DNA from: Nitrososphaerales archaeon
GTDB taxonomy: Archaea > Thermoproteota > Nitrososphaeria > Nitrososphaerales > UBA213
Direction: 5' to 3'
DNA length: 64,000 nucleotides
NCBI GenBank assembly: GCA_965197925.1
Contig: CBDAOC010000014.1
Location: forward strand, 10,697 to 74,696
Position 1 is the stretch's first letter. Each line of letters opens with the position of its first letter. The notes under the pieces were generated by a model. That model did not search any database. It was not told the origin of the DNA and saw nothing but the letters and a program-made list of their open reading frames with translations. The position numbers and the translations under genes were made by a program. This document shows positions 41,836-50,955 of this stretch, one piece after another.

Positions 41836-42311
41836 TAGTAACAGTTACTTTTTATGTCTGATATCTGAATTGCGCCCATTAAATTATAGATAGGATCTAA
41901 CTCTTTACAAATCTCTGGGCCAAGTTCATCTATCTCGTTATTAATTAGTTCAAGTCTGTTTTCAAGTTCTGTTTCAGCGTATTGAACAGACTCGCCAAAC
42001 TCAGCAACTCTAACAACAGGTGCATAAGTAGGATTTGATAGAAGTTTAGCACTTGTCCTTAGCAATATGTAGTTATAGATAATACTTGCTTTACCTATAT
42101 GATCAGATGATATAGAATAGTTTCCATCATCATCTGGGCCTTCAAAAAGATCAGGACATAATGCAATAAGTTGATCTTCAACTAACTGAAGATAAGAGAT
42201 GGAATCAATCACTTCACGAGGCAAAATGTCCTCGCCTTTACCGACTCTTTGTCTGGCAACTTCAATATAAGCATCATAATTAGTAGTGCCTTCTATTATG
42301 ATTTTTCCCAT
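41835..42311 (-). CDS. head-tail adaptor-like protein
   Basis: synteny, directly after the capsid gene. Confidence 0.5.
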   Translation of the reverse strand: MGKIIIEGTTNYDAYIEVARQRVGKGEDILPREVIDSISYLQLVEDQLIALCPDLFEGPDDDGNYSISSDHIGKASIIYNYILLRTSAKLLSNPTYAPVVRVAEFGESVQYAETELENRLELINNEIDELGPEICKELDPIYNLMGAIQISDIKSNCY

Positions 42312-42325
42312 CTCTTTAACCTCTA

Positions 42326-43699
42326 TTATTCTAACTCTATAGGTTCAGGATCAACAACATGAGAATCCCAGCCTACTAACCAAATGCTATTCGCATCTGG
42401 AACAAAAAATCCAACGTCTGTATGGAAGTGTCTGGACATCAAACGAGTTTCTGGATTACGAGCCATTTCATCTTGCTGTAGACCTCTTCTAAACCATACT
42501 TTAATAGTATGTCTCTCATCAAAGGTCATAACATATCGTTGAGCTGAGGCACTCCGTCCAGGCAAGTCTTCATTTGCAGCTAAGTCTTTAAAGCGATTCT
42601 TTTCACGAGATACCCAACCGTAGTCAGGTATGCTTGGCTGATTATTCAGAACGCCTGGATTATTACCTCTACCTCTTCTTGCGAAGAAGTCCATAGTTAC
42701 CGTTCTGTTACCGCCTACCCCAAAGTATACATCTTCCCACTCACTTATTGCAGCTGGAGTTCCAAGCATTCTACGCATCTGATAATTCTCATAAACTTTT
42801 CGGAACTCATTCCAATTGCTTGCGGTAAGTTGTGAATACTTCTTAAAGTGGCTTGATGGGCATTTATCATATATCTCACGAATGAGAGAGTGAAAAAGTG
42901 ATTCACGTCTACGTAGGGCAAGCTTCATAACCTCTTCGCGTATTGCAGCGGCGCGAGTTTGGTTATCCAACAAATACTCATCTGTAGCACGAATCGTAGC
43001 TCCATATCCTGTGAACTTCAGAGTATCTTTCGAATACCCGAGTTCCACAATTAACGGAGCTACACCTTCGGGGACAACTTCCATCTCGTTTACATCACCT
43101 TCTTCAGTAGTATTGTATGGAATACGAACTACTGAACGAGATGTATTGTCAACTGAAGCTACTATCCTACGATAGTCAATCTGAGGCTCCCACTGCTGAG
43201 TAAGAATCATAGGTTGATCATCATATGGATTCTCAGCAGAACCTTCATTTAAACCTGATACAGAACTTAGCCGCTCAGTTGTTCCTTGTGGCATTCTGCT
43301 ATCAATGTTAACTCTGCCATTATCAAGATCACTCGGAGAACACCCTGTCTGCAGAGTGCGACAAAATGAATCTTCATTCCATTCCCAGAATAGTTTAGCT
43401 TCGGTGGATTTATTAAACTCATCAGATGTAAAGTTTCCAATATCTTCAGCAGCACATGAGCGAGAGTATCCACGACCTACTAAGTCAACTTTCTTTTTAT
43501 GCCACATCATCACTTCTACGACTGATGCCCCAGCTTTACTTCTGTTCTTAGGAGGAATCCTTGTTTCCAAAAACTCCATTTCAGAAACACCAGCATTCTT
43601 TGCTGCAAGACGATACTTATCTGGATTAGGAAAGTAATCATCAGATAATACAGCGTGATGATCTGGAGCTCCGCCTGGTTTCCCAGTTCCCTTTGCCAT
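42326..43699 (-). CDS. major capsid protein (HK97 fold)
   Basis: VPEG...GYGATIRATDEYL E-loop/P-domain pattern; synteny after protease and decoration gene. Confidence 0.8.
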   Translation of the reverse strand: MAKGTGKPGGAPDHHAVLSDDYFPNPDKYRLAAKNAGVSEMEFLETRIPPKNRSKAGASVVEVMMWHKKKVDLVGRGYSRSCAAEDIGNFTSDEFNKSTEAKLFWEWNEDSFCRTLQTGCSPSDLDNGRVNIDSRMPQGTTERLSSVSGLNEGSAENPYDDQPMILTQQWEPQIDYRRIVASVDNTSRSVVRIPYNTTEEGDVNEMEVVPEGVAPLIVELGYSKDTLKFTGYGATIRATDEYLLDNQTRAAAIREEVMKLALRRRESLFHSLIREIYDKCPSSHFKKYSQLTASNWNEFRKVYENYQMRRMLGTPAAISEWEDVYFGVGGNRTVTMDFFARRGRGNNPGVLNNQPSIPDYGWVSREKNRFKDLAANEDLPGRSASAQRYVMTFDERHTIKVWFRRGLQQDEMARNPETRLMSRHFHTDVGFFVPDANSIWLVGWDSHVVDPEPIELE

Positions 43700-43743
43700 T
43701 TCTTTTCTCCTTTTTGACTCCTTTATTTAGTTCACGTATAAAA

Positions 43744-44256
43744 CTAACCGCCCATGCTATGCATAACGATTACATCTGCTTCAGAGTCTGTATTAGCTGG
43801 ATAAACTCCTCCGCCTTCATCTACATATCCAATGCCTTTCAACGCATTATTGATTGCAGTAGCATTAGCAGCATTAGCTACTAAAGGGCTTGGTGCATTA
43901 GGAGCAGCTTGGACATATCCATTCTCAGCAGTTCCTCCAGACTCAATAACACGGGTTGCTCCTACAATCTTTGCTCCTGTTGAAATAGCAGCAGTTCCAG
44001 CATTCTTAAACTTTGTTCCAGCAGATTCTACCTTTACTACAGCTTTTCCAGAATTGAAATACTGGAAAGAACCTTTGATCCTGTCATTTGCACCAGCAAG
44101 AACTGCTTTACCATTCTTAATAGTTATAGATCTATCTTTATATCTGATACCTGCATTAGATTCGTCAAAAATGTGAGCTGCGTTTCCAGTGAAACGATCT
44201 CCTCCAGTCTTATCAAAATCATAGAGCCATAGTATCTCATGTGGTCGTTGAGCCAT
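43744..44256 (-). CDS. capsid decoration/cement protein
   Basis: Ala/Gly-rich 170 aa ORF between protease and capsid. Confidence 0.55.
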   Translation of the reverse strand: MAQRPHEILWLYDFDKTGGDRFTGNAAHIFDESNAGIRYKDRSITIKNGKAVLAGANDRIKGSFQYFNSGKAVVKVESAGTKFKNAGTAAISTGAKIVGATRVIESGGTAENGYVQAAPNAPSPLVANAANATAINNALKGIGYVDEGGGVYPANTDSEADVIVMHSMGG

Positions 44257-44269
44257 TATTTACCTCCTC

Positions 44270-45529
44270 CTAAACAAGTTTGGTATCATTGTCCGCAGGT
44301 TCTGGCTCTTGATCTGCAACCCAATCTGGATTACCTGGATTAAGAACTTCATCAAACTCCTTGCGGTCTTCATCTTTAGTCTTTCTTTCACCGCCCTCAG
44401 ATTCACCCGCCTTCTTGATAGCAGCAAGATGACTCTTCATCATATCTCGCTCATCCTGAACTTGTGCAAGTGTTAATCTATCCCACTTGTCTTCCTGCTC
44501 ACGCAAACTCTCACTTGTAACGTTATTACCTCTCAATTCAATATAAAGCTTCCGAGCCTCACCGACTACACCTTGCTTCTCAGAATCAACAGTAGTCTTT
44601 TTGATTTCTGCCAATTCCGTTTCAAGAGTCGCTTTTTCAGCCTCAAGCTTCGTGAATCTGTCTTCAATAGCTTGAGGAATTGGAGTATCTGTTGGAGGTG
44701 CAGGTGCGAGAGGTGGCGGAGCAGCTGGCGGAGCAGCTAAAACTTCTTTAACGACTTCTCTGATCTGGTCTAAATCCGCTTTTTCAAAAGGCATTTGTAT
44801 GCCTCCTATAATAGTTCTTCCTTGATTACTATCTGTTTTCGCTCTTTGGATGTCAAGGCTCATTCCAAATACGCGATTGATGTTAAACGCTTGCTTTCTT
44901 GTTAGCAAGCCTTCACTTAGATGATCTTCTGCACGAGCAACAATGATTGCATCTGGATTACTTCCTGCATAGCATGTGGATACTTCACCCAGTTTAGCGT
45001 CTTTGATTTTAGGGATGATCTCAAAGACTTCATCTTTCCCGTCCTTCTTTATTACGATTTTATCTCCAGGCCAATGCTGGCAACCTTGTGAGTAGTCAAA
45101 CATATCTACTTCGCACTTGTTGCACCAATACCAACCATCATACAAACCGACAGATACGGCTTTTATTCTCTCTTGCTCAACCATATAAATCAAGTTATCC
45201 GATGTTCTGTATGGAGCATCAGCATGGACGATTTCAAGACCTCGCTCTATCTCCAAATCACAATCAACCTCAAACTTGTCATTCATAACTGCATTTGAAG
45301 TCCCACCATAAATAACAGCTTTATTATGTGAGTGGCAGCCTGGAACTCCAGCGTCTGCCATATCTCTACAAGTAGGAATAGTAGTCTCTTCACATATACT
45401 TGTGCGATGACTATCAGCAGTTGGAGATGTTATCCTTACTCTACAGGAATACGGCTTGCTCTTGTCTTCGGTTGGCGTTTGCCGTGAAGTGATTCCTGCT
45501 TCTCTGTATACTGCGATTGGGATTGGCAT
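44270..45529 (-). CDS. prohead protease-scaffold fusion
   Basis: AVSVG and EVS motifs with a CxxC..CxH insert; Pro-rich linker and coiled-coil C-terminus. Confidence 0.75.
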   Translation of the reverse strand: MPIPIAVYREAGITSRQTPTEDKSKPYSCRVRITSPTADSHRTSICEETTIPTCRDMADAGVPGCHSHNKAVIYGGTSNAVMNDKFEVDCDLEIERGLEIVHADAPYRTSDNLIYMVEQERIKAVSVGLYDGWYWCNKCEVDMFDYSQGCQHWPGDKIVIKKDGKDEVFEIIPKIKDAKLGEVSTCYAGSNPDAIIVARAEDHLSEGLLTRKQAFNINRVFGMSLDIQRAKTDSNQGRTIIGGIQMPFEKADLDQIREVVKEVLAAPPAAPPPLAPAPPTDTPIPQAIEDRFTKLEAEKATLETELAEIKKTTVDSEKQGVVGEARKLYIELRGNNVTSESLREQEDKWDRLTLAQVQDERDMMKSHLAAIKKAGESEGGERKTKDEDRKEFDEVLNPGNPDWVADQEPEPADNDTKLV

Positions 45530-45624
45530 TGTTCTTGTTCCTCTTTAGAGAATCGTTGTTTGCCTTTGGCGAGTTTAGACTTTGTCGCCTTCGGGACACC
45601 GCGATAAGTTTCTTCAGGATTCAT
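45436..45624 (-). CDS. possible small basic protein
   Basis: GAGG RBS; fills the gap but overlaps the protease by 94 nt. Confidence 0.4.
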   Translation of the reverse strand: MNPEETYRGVPKATKSKLAKGKQRFSKEEQEQCQSQSQYTEKQESLHGKRQPKTRASRIPVE

Positions 45625-45856
45625 TTTCTACCTCAAAGTTTTGAGCAATAGCCTTCTGAGCCCAAGCTCTTGATATTGTAAGATAGTTTACCATCTTTGT
45701 AGCATCAGGACAATCAGGGACAACTTCTGCTAAAGATTCTCCAAGCTCAACAAATAGCTGGCTGGCTTTTATATGAGCCTGCTCCTGTTCTTTTGATTTT
45801 GTCGGTGAATGTGTCAACTCTTTTCTGACATACTCTTTAAAATCTCTGCCTTGCAT
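45614..45856 (-). CDS. Acb2/Tad1-like helical hairpin protein
   Basis: H.P...Q......LAEVVPD.......L.....WAQKAIA pattern recognised by eye. Confidence 0.6.
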   Translation of the reverse strand: MQGRDFKEYVRKELTHSPTKSKEQEQAHIKASQLFVELGESLAEVVPDCPDATKMVNYLTISRAWAQKAIAQNFEVENES

Positions 45857-45866
45857 GATAGACTCC

Positions 45867-46082
45867 TTATTTTAAAACTTCATAGTTTGACTGATGTAGT
45901 TGCAACATCTGTATTTCAAGTTTCATACACTCAATGTTAATAGCATCAAGTATTCTTGATAGAGTTTCTGGCTTTAGATCGTTTTTCAAATCTTCAATAA
46001 GAGAATCTTTAAGATCTGAAAGGTGATCTAATTGTTTCCGTATCTCTTTGGCTTGTTCTTCATAATTATTTTCGTTATTCAC
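45867..46082 (-). CDS. hypothetical helical protein
   Basis: AAGGAG RBS, within the operon. Confidence 0.55.
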   Translation of the reverse strand: MNNENNYEEQAKEIRKQLDHLSDLKDSLIEDLKNDLKPETLSRILDAINIECMKLEIQMLQLHQSNYEVLK

Positions 46083-46093
46083 TTGTAGACTCC

Positions 46094-47548
46094 TTATTTT
46101 ACATTCTTGAAAATCATCTGCCCTCTTCTTCTGTCACGCTCTTTTTCCCAATACTCTTGTGCTTGTGCTTCAGACATTCTGCCTGTATTCACCGCATCTG
46201 TCAACCACATATTCAAACTTAGCATGCTATTATCAAAAGACATGTTAGCCTGTTGAACTTGAATGTTGATTCCAGCGAGAAGTTTCTCTTCTTCAAATAT
46301 ACTCCTACGAAGTCTAAACTCTACCAGCTGATTAATGTTGCTTCTCATCAAAGCTATATTGCATTGTCTTGTCATTGACTCATTGATAGAAGTCTGAGCA
46401 TGATTGATAAGTAACGCATAGTGATTCATTTCATACATTGCTCTTGTCTCTGTGAATGAATCTGATCCAGAGAATAATAACTGATTAGACTTCAATGCCA
46501 TCATTATCTGTCTGTCAAGTATGTCAATAAAGTCTGGCACGCCTCCGAGATTTGCTTTATTCATACCAGATAGTAGTTCAGGCTCCATAACCTCACTACC
46601 ATATGATAGAACTTTACCTGGGCCCATCTCCTCAAGCTCTTTCTTCAACATCGCAAGGACTTCGGTTACAAACGCTCCTCGCTTGCTTTCGGTCTTTACC
46701 ATTTCTGCGATAACTTCTCGGTCTATTCGCATCAACAAAGCAGGCCAAACTAATGTTTGAAGGACTTGTTGATAACTCTTGAAAAACTCAACAACCATTA
46801 TCAAATGAAATAGAGCTGCGTCTACTAAAGGTTTGCCGTATGGGTTTCCGACTTGAGCATATAGCGGTTTATATTCAATAGTAGGATCAAAGTGAAGAGA
46901 TACAAATGGCTCATTCCGTTGCCTTTGACCCAACTCAAAAAACTGCCCAGTTTTAGATTCTGATCTTTTGTATACTGCCGAATATGGATCTAATCCTACA
47001 AGTCGTTTTGGTATGTCGTCTTCATATGCAGACTCATAGAAATATGCACCGTGTAAGAACATTGACTCTGATATCTGATCTATAAAACCATCAATGCTTA
47101 CATCATACAATCCCATATCATCAAACCATCTGTCCAATATCGGATGAGATTCTGGATAAATATCCCAGCCTGGCTTCACATACTCTTGAAAATCTGTAAT
47201 AGCTGCAGATACCTGTGGATTAGAGTTTGCCATTACCTGGCGGACTTGATGTGTTGGTAAGTCTGCAAGGTCTTTGGTAGTTAGTTGTCCGTAACTCTTT
47301 ATGCCATTTTCAGGTCTACTGACGACATTAGCAAAGCCTGTGAAAGGATTCTCATCAAATACACGAGCTATCATACCGCTTTGAGCTATAGCTCTTTCGT
47401 CATACTGTGTTTCGCCTACAGAAAGCAGTTCGCTAAATTCCTCATGCTGTTTTCTTATGTAATTGTCCTGAACTCTTTTATCTCTCGCTAATACAGCATT
47501 GTTATAGCGAACTTGATTATTTAGTTGGATGCTTTCTCGTAGTGCCAT
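46094..47548 (-). CDS. portal protein
   Basis: 484 aa first gene of the head operon; NPYGKPL motif. Confidence 0.75.
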   Translation of the reverse strand: MALRESIQLNNQVRYNNAVLARDKRVQDNYIRKQHEEFSELLSVGETQYDERAIAQSGMIARVFDENPFTGFANVVSRPENGIKSYGQLTTKDLADLPTHQVRQVMANSNPQVSAAITDFQEYVKPGWDIYPESHPILDRWFDDMGLYDVSIDGFIDQISESMFLHGAYFYESAYEDDIPKRLVGLDPYSAVYKRSESKTGQFFELGQRQRNEPFVSLHFDPTIEYKPLYAQVGNPYGKPLVDAALFHLIMVVEFFKSYQQVLQTLVWPALLMRIDREVIAEMVKTESKRGAFVTEVLAMLKKELEEMGPGKVLSYGSEVMEPELLSGMNKANLGGVPDFIDILDRQIMMALKSNQLLFSGSDSFTETRAMYEMNHYALLINHAQTSINESMTRQCNIALMRSNINQLVEFRLRRSIFEEEKLLAGINIQVQQANMSFDNSMLSLNMWLTDAVNTGRMSEAQAQEYWEKERDRRRGQMIFKNVK

Positions 47549-47600
47549 TTTATGAGCTTTCCATTTAGTTAGGATTGATTAGGGATTTATGCTTACATAA

Positions 47601-47629
47601 ATCATAACAAATCATAAAGAAAAAGTCAA
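47601..47629 (-). promoter_or_regulatory. promoter of the head-tail operon
   Basis: TTGACT-N17-TATGAT; GGCCC-N4-GGGCC 11 bp upstream. Confidence 0.7.
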
Positions 47630-48022
47630 GCTATTAATTCGGCCCGCGCGGGCCGCAATAAATGTGAAAGTGGTAAATACCAGTTAAGTATAATGAAGTC
47701 ATGGAACTTCATTATTATTTTTTCAGATGTGAGATTTAGCTTTTTTAGTTTTCAATTTCGTAGAATTGGCGGGGTATAAAATCGCGTCTCTTTTCACGTT
47801 TCGGCTTCAGCAAGTTAACGTTATGTTAATACACGCATAAACACGCATAATAGGGGATATACCGAGTCCATGACGCTGGCCGCACTCATACCACACAACA
47901 GGGTATGAAACGCGCCCAGCGTCATGTGAAGCGGACTAATGGAGGTATGGAGGTGTTGTTAACCCTGCATCATAACGTGAAATGGAGGGGTTAACGTAGA
48001 GTTAACATGGATAGCATAACTC

Positions 48023-48388
48023 GCGAACCCAATGGGCATGCGGGTTTATAGCATAACTACTACACAAATAATAACACATATATCATAACACATGCACAAA
48101 AGCGGGCACTTTTTATCCGACTGCACAAAATGGGGCAATCGCTTGCGAACCCAATGGGCATGCGGGTTAGATGGACATTGCACAAAAAGGGGCATCATAA
48201 CTGCACAAAAGCGGGCAGTTTTTAGAACCCTGCAATATAGCGCGCGCGATTATACAATTAACGTTGCGAACCCAATGGGCATGCGGGTTAGATGGCTATA
48301 ACATAATAATAAATATGAAAAATGAAACAATAATTATTATTTTATGGCAAATACTTTACAGTGTTAACCACTCACAAACCCAATGGGC
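48023..48388 (+). repeat. spaced repeats GCGAACCCAATGGGCATGCGGGTT x3 plus TGCACAAAA-N2-GGGCA x4
   Basis: 24-mers at 48023, 48145, 48266 (spacing 122 and 121), partial at 48377; 16-mers at 48092, 48122, 48179, 48202. Confidence 0.85.
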
Positions 48389-48557
48389 CACTACGTTGGC
48401 ACGAACCTTGCATTTATGGTGGCATGCGGAGGTGAGTTGCCTCCGTATGATTTGACATCAAACAACGGAATCATAACAATAGCAAACATGATTCCCTTAT
48501 GTATGGACAGTCCATACAAAATAACACAAGCGAAAGCTTGAAAAGGATTTAGCAAAC

Positions 48558-49211
48558 ATGGCACGTTTAACGTATACCAGTGGCACAGCTTACAATCGGA
48601 AAGAGTCCATCATGATAACCACACCTTTTGACATTAATGACTTATTTCAAAAAGTTATTGATAATCCTGCCCTGCCATTAACAGGTAAGGATAAAGGGTT
48701 GAATGATAGTGTATACGGTGTTATATCCAAAGGGTTTGACATCAAGTATAATCATGCAAAAGTATGCGAACTGCTTGAATCAAGCGAGTTCCATAATGAA
48801 GTAGATAACCATGTAGAAGCGACTGTGTTGGCAAGGTTAAAAAAGCAACCTCGCGACATAGGCAGTGGCAGTGGCGGCCCGCGCGGCGGGAATAACGGAA
48901 TTACCAATGCATTAAAAATTGAGATAGGTGAATTGGTAATCGGAGCATCATGTGTTAAGGTTGGTATAGAACCCAGTGATGCGAGTGATTATGAAATCAC
49001 TAAAGAATGGGTTGTTTCTACAATCACAGGGAAGAATGAAAACAAGCCAAAACGGCGCGTTAAGAATGATAAGGAACGCGTAGAAGAATTGACAGTTAAA
49101 GTGGTTATGGCACTCCATAGCGCTGGAATTTCCAATCATGATATTGCGAATGATAATGATATGGATTTGACAATTGAGCAGGTTGACGAAATCGTTGGAT
49201 TTAATCTATAA
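48558..49211 (+). CDS. hypothetical protein, first early gene
   Basis: 217 aa ORF with AAGGA RBS, possible C-terminal HTH, followed by a terminator. Confidence 0.7.
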   Translation: MARLTYTSGTAYNRKESIMITTPFDINDLFQKVIDNPALPLTGKDKGLNDSVYGVISKGFDIKYNHAKVCELLESSEFHNEVDNHVEATVLARLKKQPRDIGSGSGGPRGGNNGITNALKIEIGELVIGASCVKVGIEPSDASDYEITKEWVVSTITGKNENKPKRRVKNDKERVEELTVKVVMALHSAGISNHDIANDNDMDLTIEQVDEIVGFNL

Positions 49212-49219
49212 GCAATCCG

Positions 49220-49264
49220 AACCTAAAAAACCGTTGACATCAACCGTCAACGGTTTTTTAGGTT
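49220..49264. terminator. bidirectional terminator, perfect 19 bp inverted repeat
   Basis: AACCTAAAAAACCGTTGAC-N7-GTCAACGGTTTTTTAGGTT. Confidence 0.8.
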
Positions 49265-49266
49265 AA

Positions 49267-49426
49267 GGAAGCGTAGGAGCGAACCGAACCCCAATGGGAA
49301 GCGCAGGAGCGAACCGAACCCCAATGGGAAGCGCAGGAGCGAACCGAACCCCAATGGGAAGCGCAGGAGCGAACCGAACCCCAATGGGAAGCGCAGGAGC
49401 GAACCGAACCCCAATGGGAAGCGCAG
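49267..49426 (+). repeat. tandem array of 5.3 x 30 bp
   Basis: GGAAGCGCAGGAGCGAACCGAACCCCAATG, one mismatch in the first copy. Confidence 0.95.
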
Positions 49427-49427
49427 A

Positions 49428-49491
49428 GGATACAAGAAACTCTTTTGGGATTATGAAAAGAGTCTCCGAATTAACGGACTGATGAGTATCC
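49428..49491 (+). ncRNA. type II hammerhead ribozyme (core variant)
   Basis: GGAUAC-aa-GAAA-CUCUUUU/AAAAGAG-UC-UCCG/CGGA-CUGAUGA-GUAUCC; all three stems pair; 2-nt insertion before GAAA. Confidence 0.7.
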
Positions 49492-49562
49492 ATCAGAATC
49501 TGCATATCGGATGCGGATTTATGGATTTTCCAGAAATTATGCATAGATAAAAAAGGAAAAAG

Positions 49563-49829
49563 ATGTATAAAATAGTTCAGGGTGATAGAAAAGACGATTA
49601 TAGAGTCCCAATTGGGATGCAGTCGGATTATGACGCTGATTCTATTGAATCAGCAATAGAATCAGCAAATAGGTTTTGTATGGATTCGTATGGAATAACT
49701 CTACAATGGGAAGATATGGAAGTAGATAATTCTGGTATGTTCCCAGTTCACGCAAGAGCTTATGGGATAGATGAAGGCTCTTATCTTGAAATAGAGGTCC
49801 GTAGCGGATACCCAGTATTTCCCTCGTAG
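49563..49829 (+). CDS. hypothetical early protein
   Basis: AAGGA RBS, 88 aa. Confidence 0.65.
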   Translation: MYKIVQGDRKDDYRVPIGMQSDYDADSIESAIESANRFCMDSYGITLQWEDMEVDNSGMFPVHARAYGIDEGSYLEIEVRSGYPVFPS

Positions 49830-49886
49830 CAATCTTACAAACATCGGATGCGGATTATTCCGAATCTGATAAGGAGTTTACGGATT

Positions 49887-50582
49887 ATGAAACGTCTACG
49901 TCCTGAGGAAATACAGGACAGGATCAAACGGCAAGAGGATGCGGAGCGTGAAAGACGTGATATCAAACCAGAGCATCGGATAAAGTCTTCGGATGATATC
50001 AAACGTAAAGAGAAGATCAACAAGGATCGGATAGAGTCTCGTAAAGCAGAATATGAGAAAAAGAGACCCGATCCTATTGATCCGAAAACTACATCGGATA
50101 ACCCAAAGCCGAAAACTGCATCGGATAAGTTTATACCAGCTGGTATCTCTTTATCCAAGCACACTCGGCAGTGCTTGAAATCAGTCGGAATTGGGAATGA
50201 ATATCAACTCGGTGTCGTAAGCTTGGAATATCTTGAATCCAAGCATAAAATCTCTCGGATGCCAGACCTTGCGTATCAGGAATTCAAGGCGTGGTATATT
50301 TGGTATAAGAATGAGCTTGAAATAGAAGAACTTGAAGAGAAGCTTGATGCCAAAGAGAAAAAAGGGATTGAGTATCAGGAGAAACTCTCGGGAATCAAGT
50401 CCAGTATTGAAATGGAGAAGAATGCTGGAACTTTGATATCGGGCGTATCAATTGACAGATCCAAACGAGGCAGAAATCGTGGGCTTTATACACCTCCGAA
50501 GAAGCACCGTGAGATCGCACTCATAAATCGTTTAGAAGAGAAACTAATGCAACTTGAAGCTAAAAAGGAGTCAAAATCATGA
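49887..50582 (+). CDS. highly charged hypothetical protein
   Basis: AAGGAG RBS before ATG 49887; K/E/R-rich. Confidence 0.65.
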   Translation: MKRLRPEEIQDRIKRQEDAERERRDIKPEHRIKSSDDIKRKEKINKDRIESRKAEYEKKRPDPIDPKTTSDNPKPKTASDKFIPAGISLSKHTRQCLKSVGIGNEYQLGVVSLEYLESKHKISRMPDLAYQEFKAWYIWYKNELEIEELEEKLDAKEKKGIEYQEKLSGIKSSIEMEKNAGTLISGVSIDRSKRGRNRGLYTPPKKHREIALINRLEEKLMQLEAKKESKS

Positions 50583-50752
50583 AACGGATAGATCGTATTG
50601 AACAAGCTATAGAACAGCTTAGAAGCGATAGCGTGAGAATAGCATTATCGTATCGCAGATGTCTCATAAATCATAGTGAAGCATCTCGGATGATATATGA
50701 TAGGAATGTAATAATCCGAAAACTTCAAAGAGGTGAATATCTTATTAGATAG
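50579..50752 (+). CDS. hypothetical protein (57 aa, not in ORF track)
   Basis: AAGGAG RBS, ATGA overlap; MKRIDRIEQAIEQL... Confidence 0.6.
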   Translation: MKRIDRIEQAIEQLRSDSVRIALSYRRCLINHSEASRMIYDRNVIIRKLQRGEYLIR

Positions 50753-50767
50753 CTTTGAAAGTCGGAT

Positions 50768-50838
50768 AAAGGGGCGGCTTGGTCTGAAGATCACCAGAAT
50801 ACTGGTGTGATTCAGGCTGAGTCGCCCCTTTTTTATTT
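50768..50838 (+). terminator. long hairpin with T-tract
   Basis: AAAGGGGCGGCTTGGTCTGAA...TTCAGGCTGAGTCGCCCCTTT followed by Ts. Confidence 0.7.
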
Positions 50839-50868
50839 AAAGACATCTATTACAAAGGAGATAGAATC

Positions 50869-50955
50869 ATGTATGAGATATGTAAAGCAGTGGCTACGAT
50901 CTTAGTCTTTGCCTTAGCAGTAGTCGTGATGCTGGTTGCCTACATAGTCTTGTAG
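50869..50955 (+). CDS. 28 aa single-pass membrane peptide
   Basis: AAGGAG RBS; MYEICKAVATILVFALAVVVMLVAYIVL. Confidence 0.55.
   Translation: MYEICKAVATILVFALAVVVMLVAYIVL

Noticed and set aside
48023..48289. CRISPR array from three 24 bp repeats
   Set aside because: Intervals are about 97 bp and themselves repetitive; only three copies; no cas genes in the window.
49247..49544. ORFs with LRFPLGFGSL / ALPIGVRFAP / MGSAGANRTP repeats, or CRISPR
   Set aside because: These are translations of a spacer-less 30 bp tandem array in several frames, with no RBS.
50768..50838. Hammerhead suggested by CUGAAGA
   Set aside because: No GAAA/NUH arrangement; folds as one long hairpin with a T-tract.
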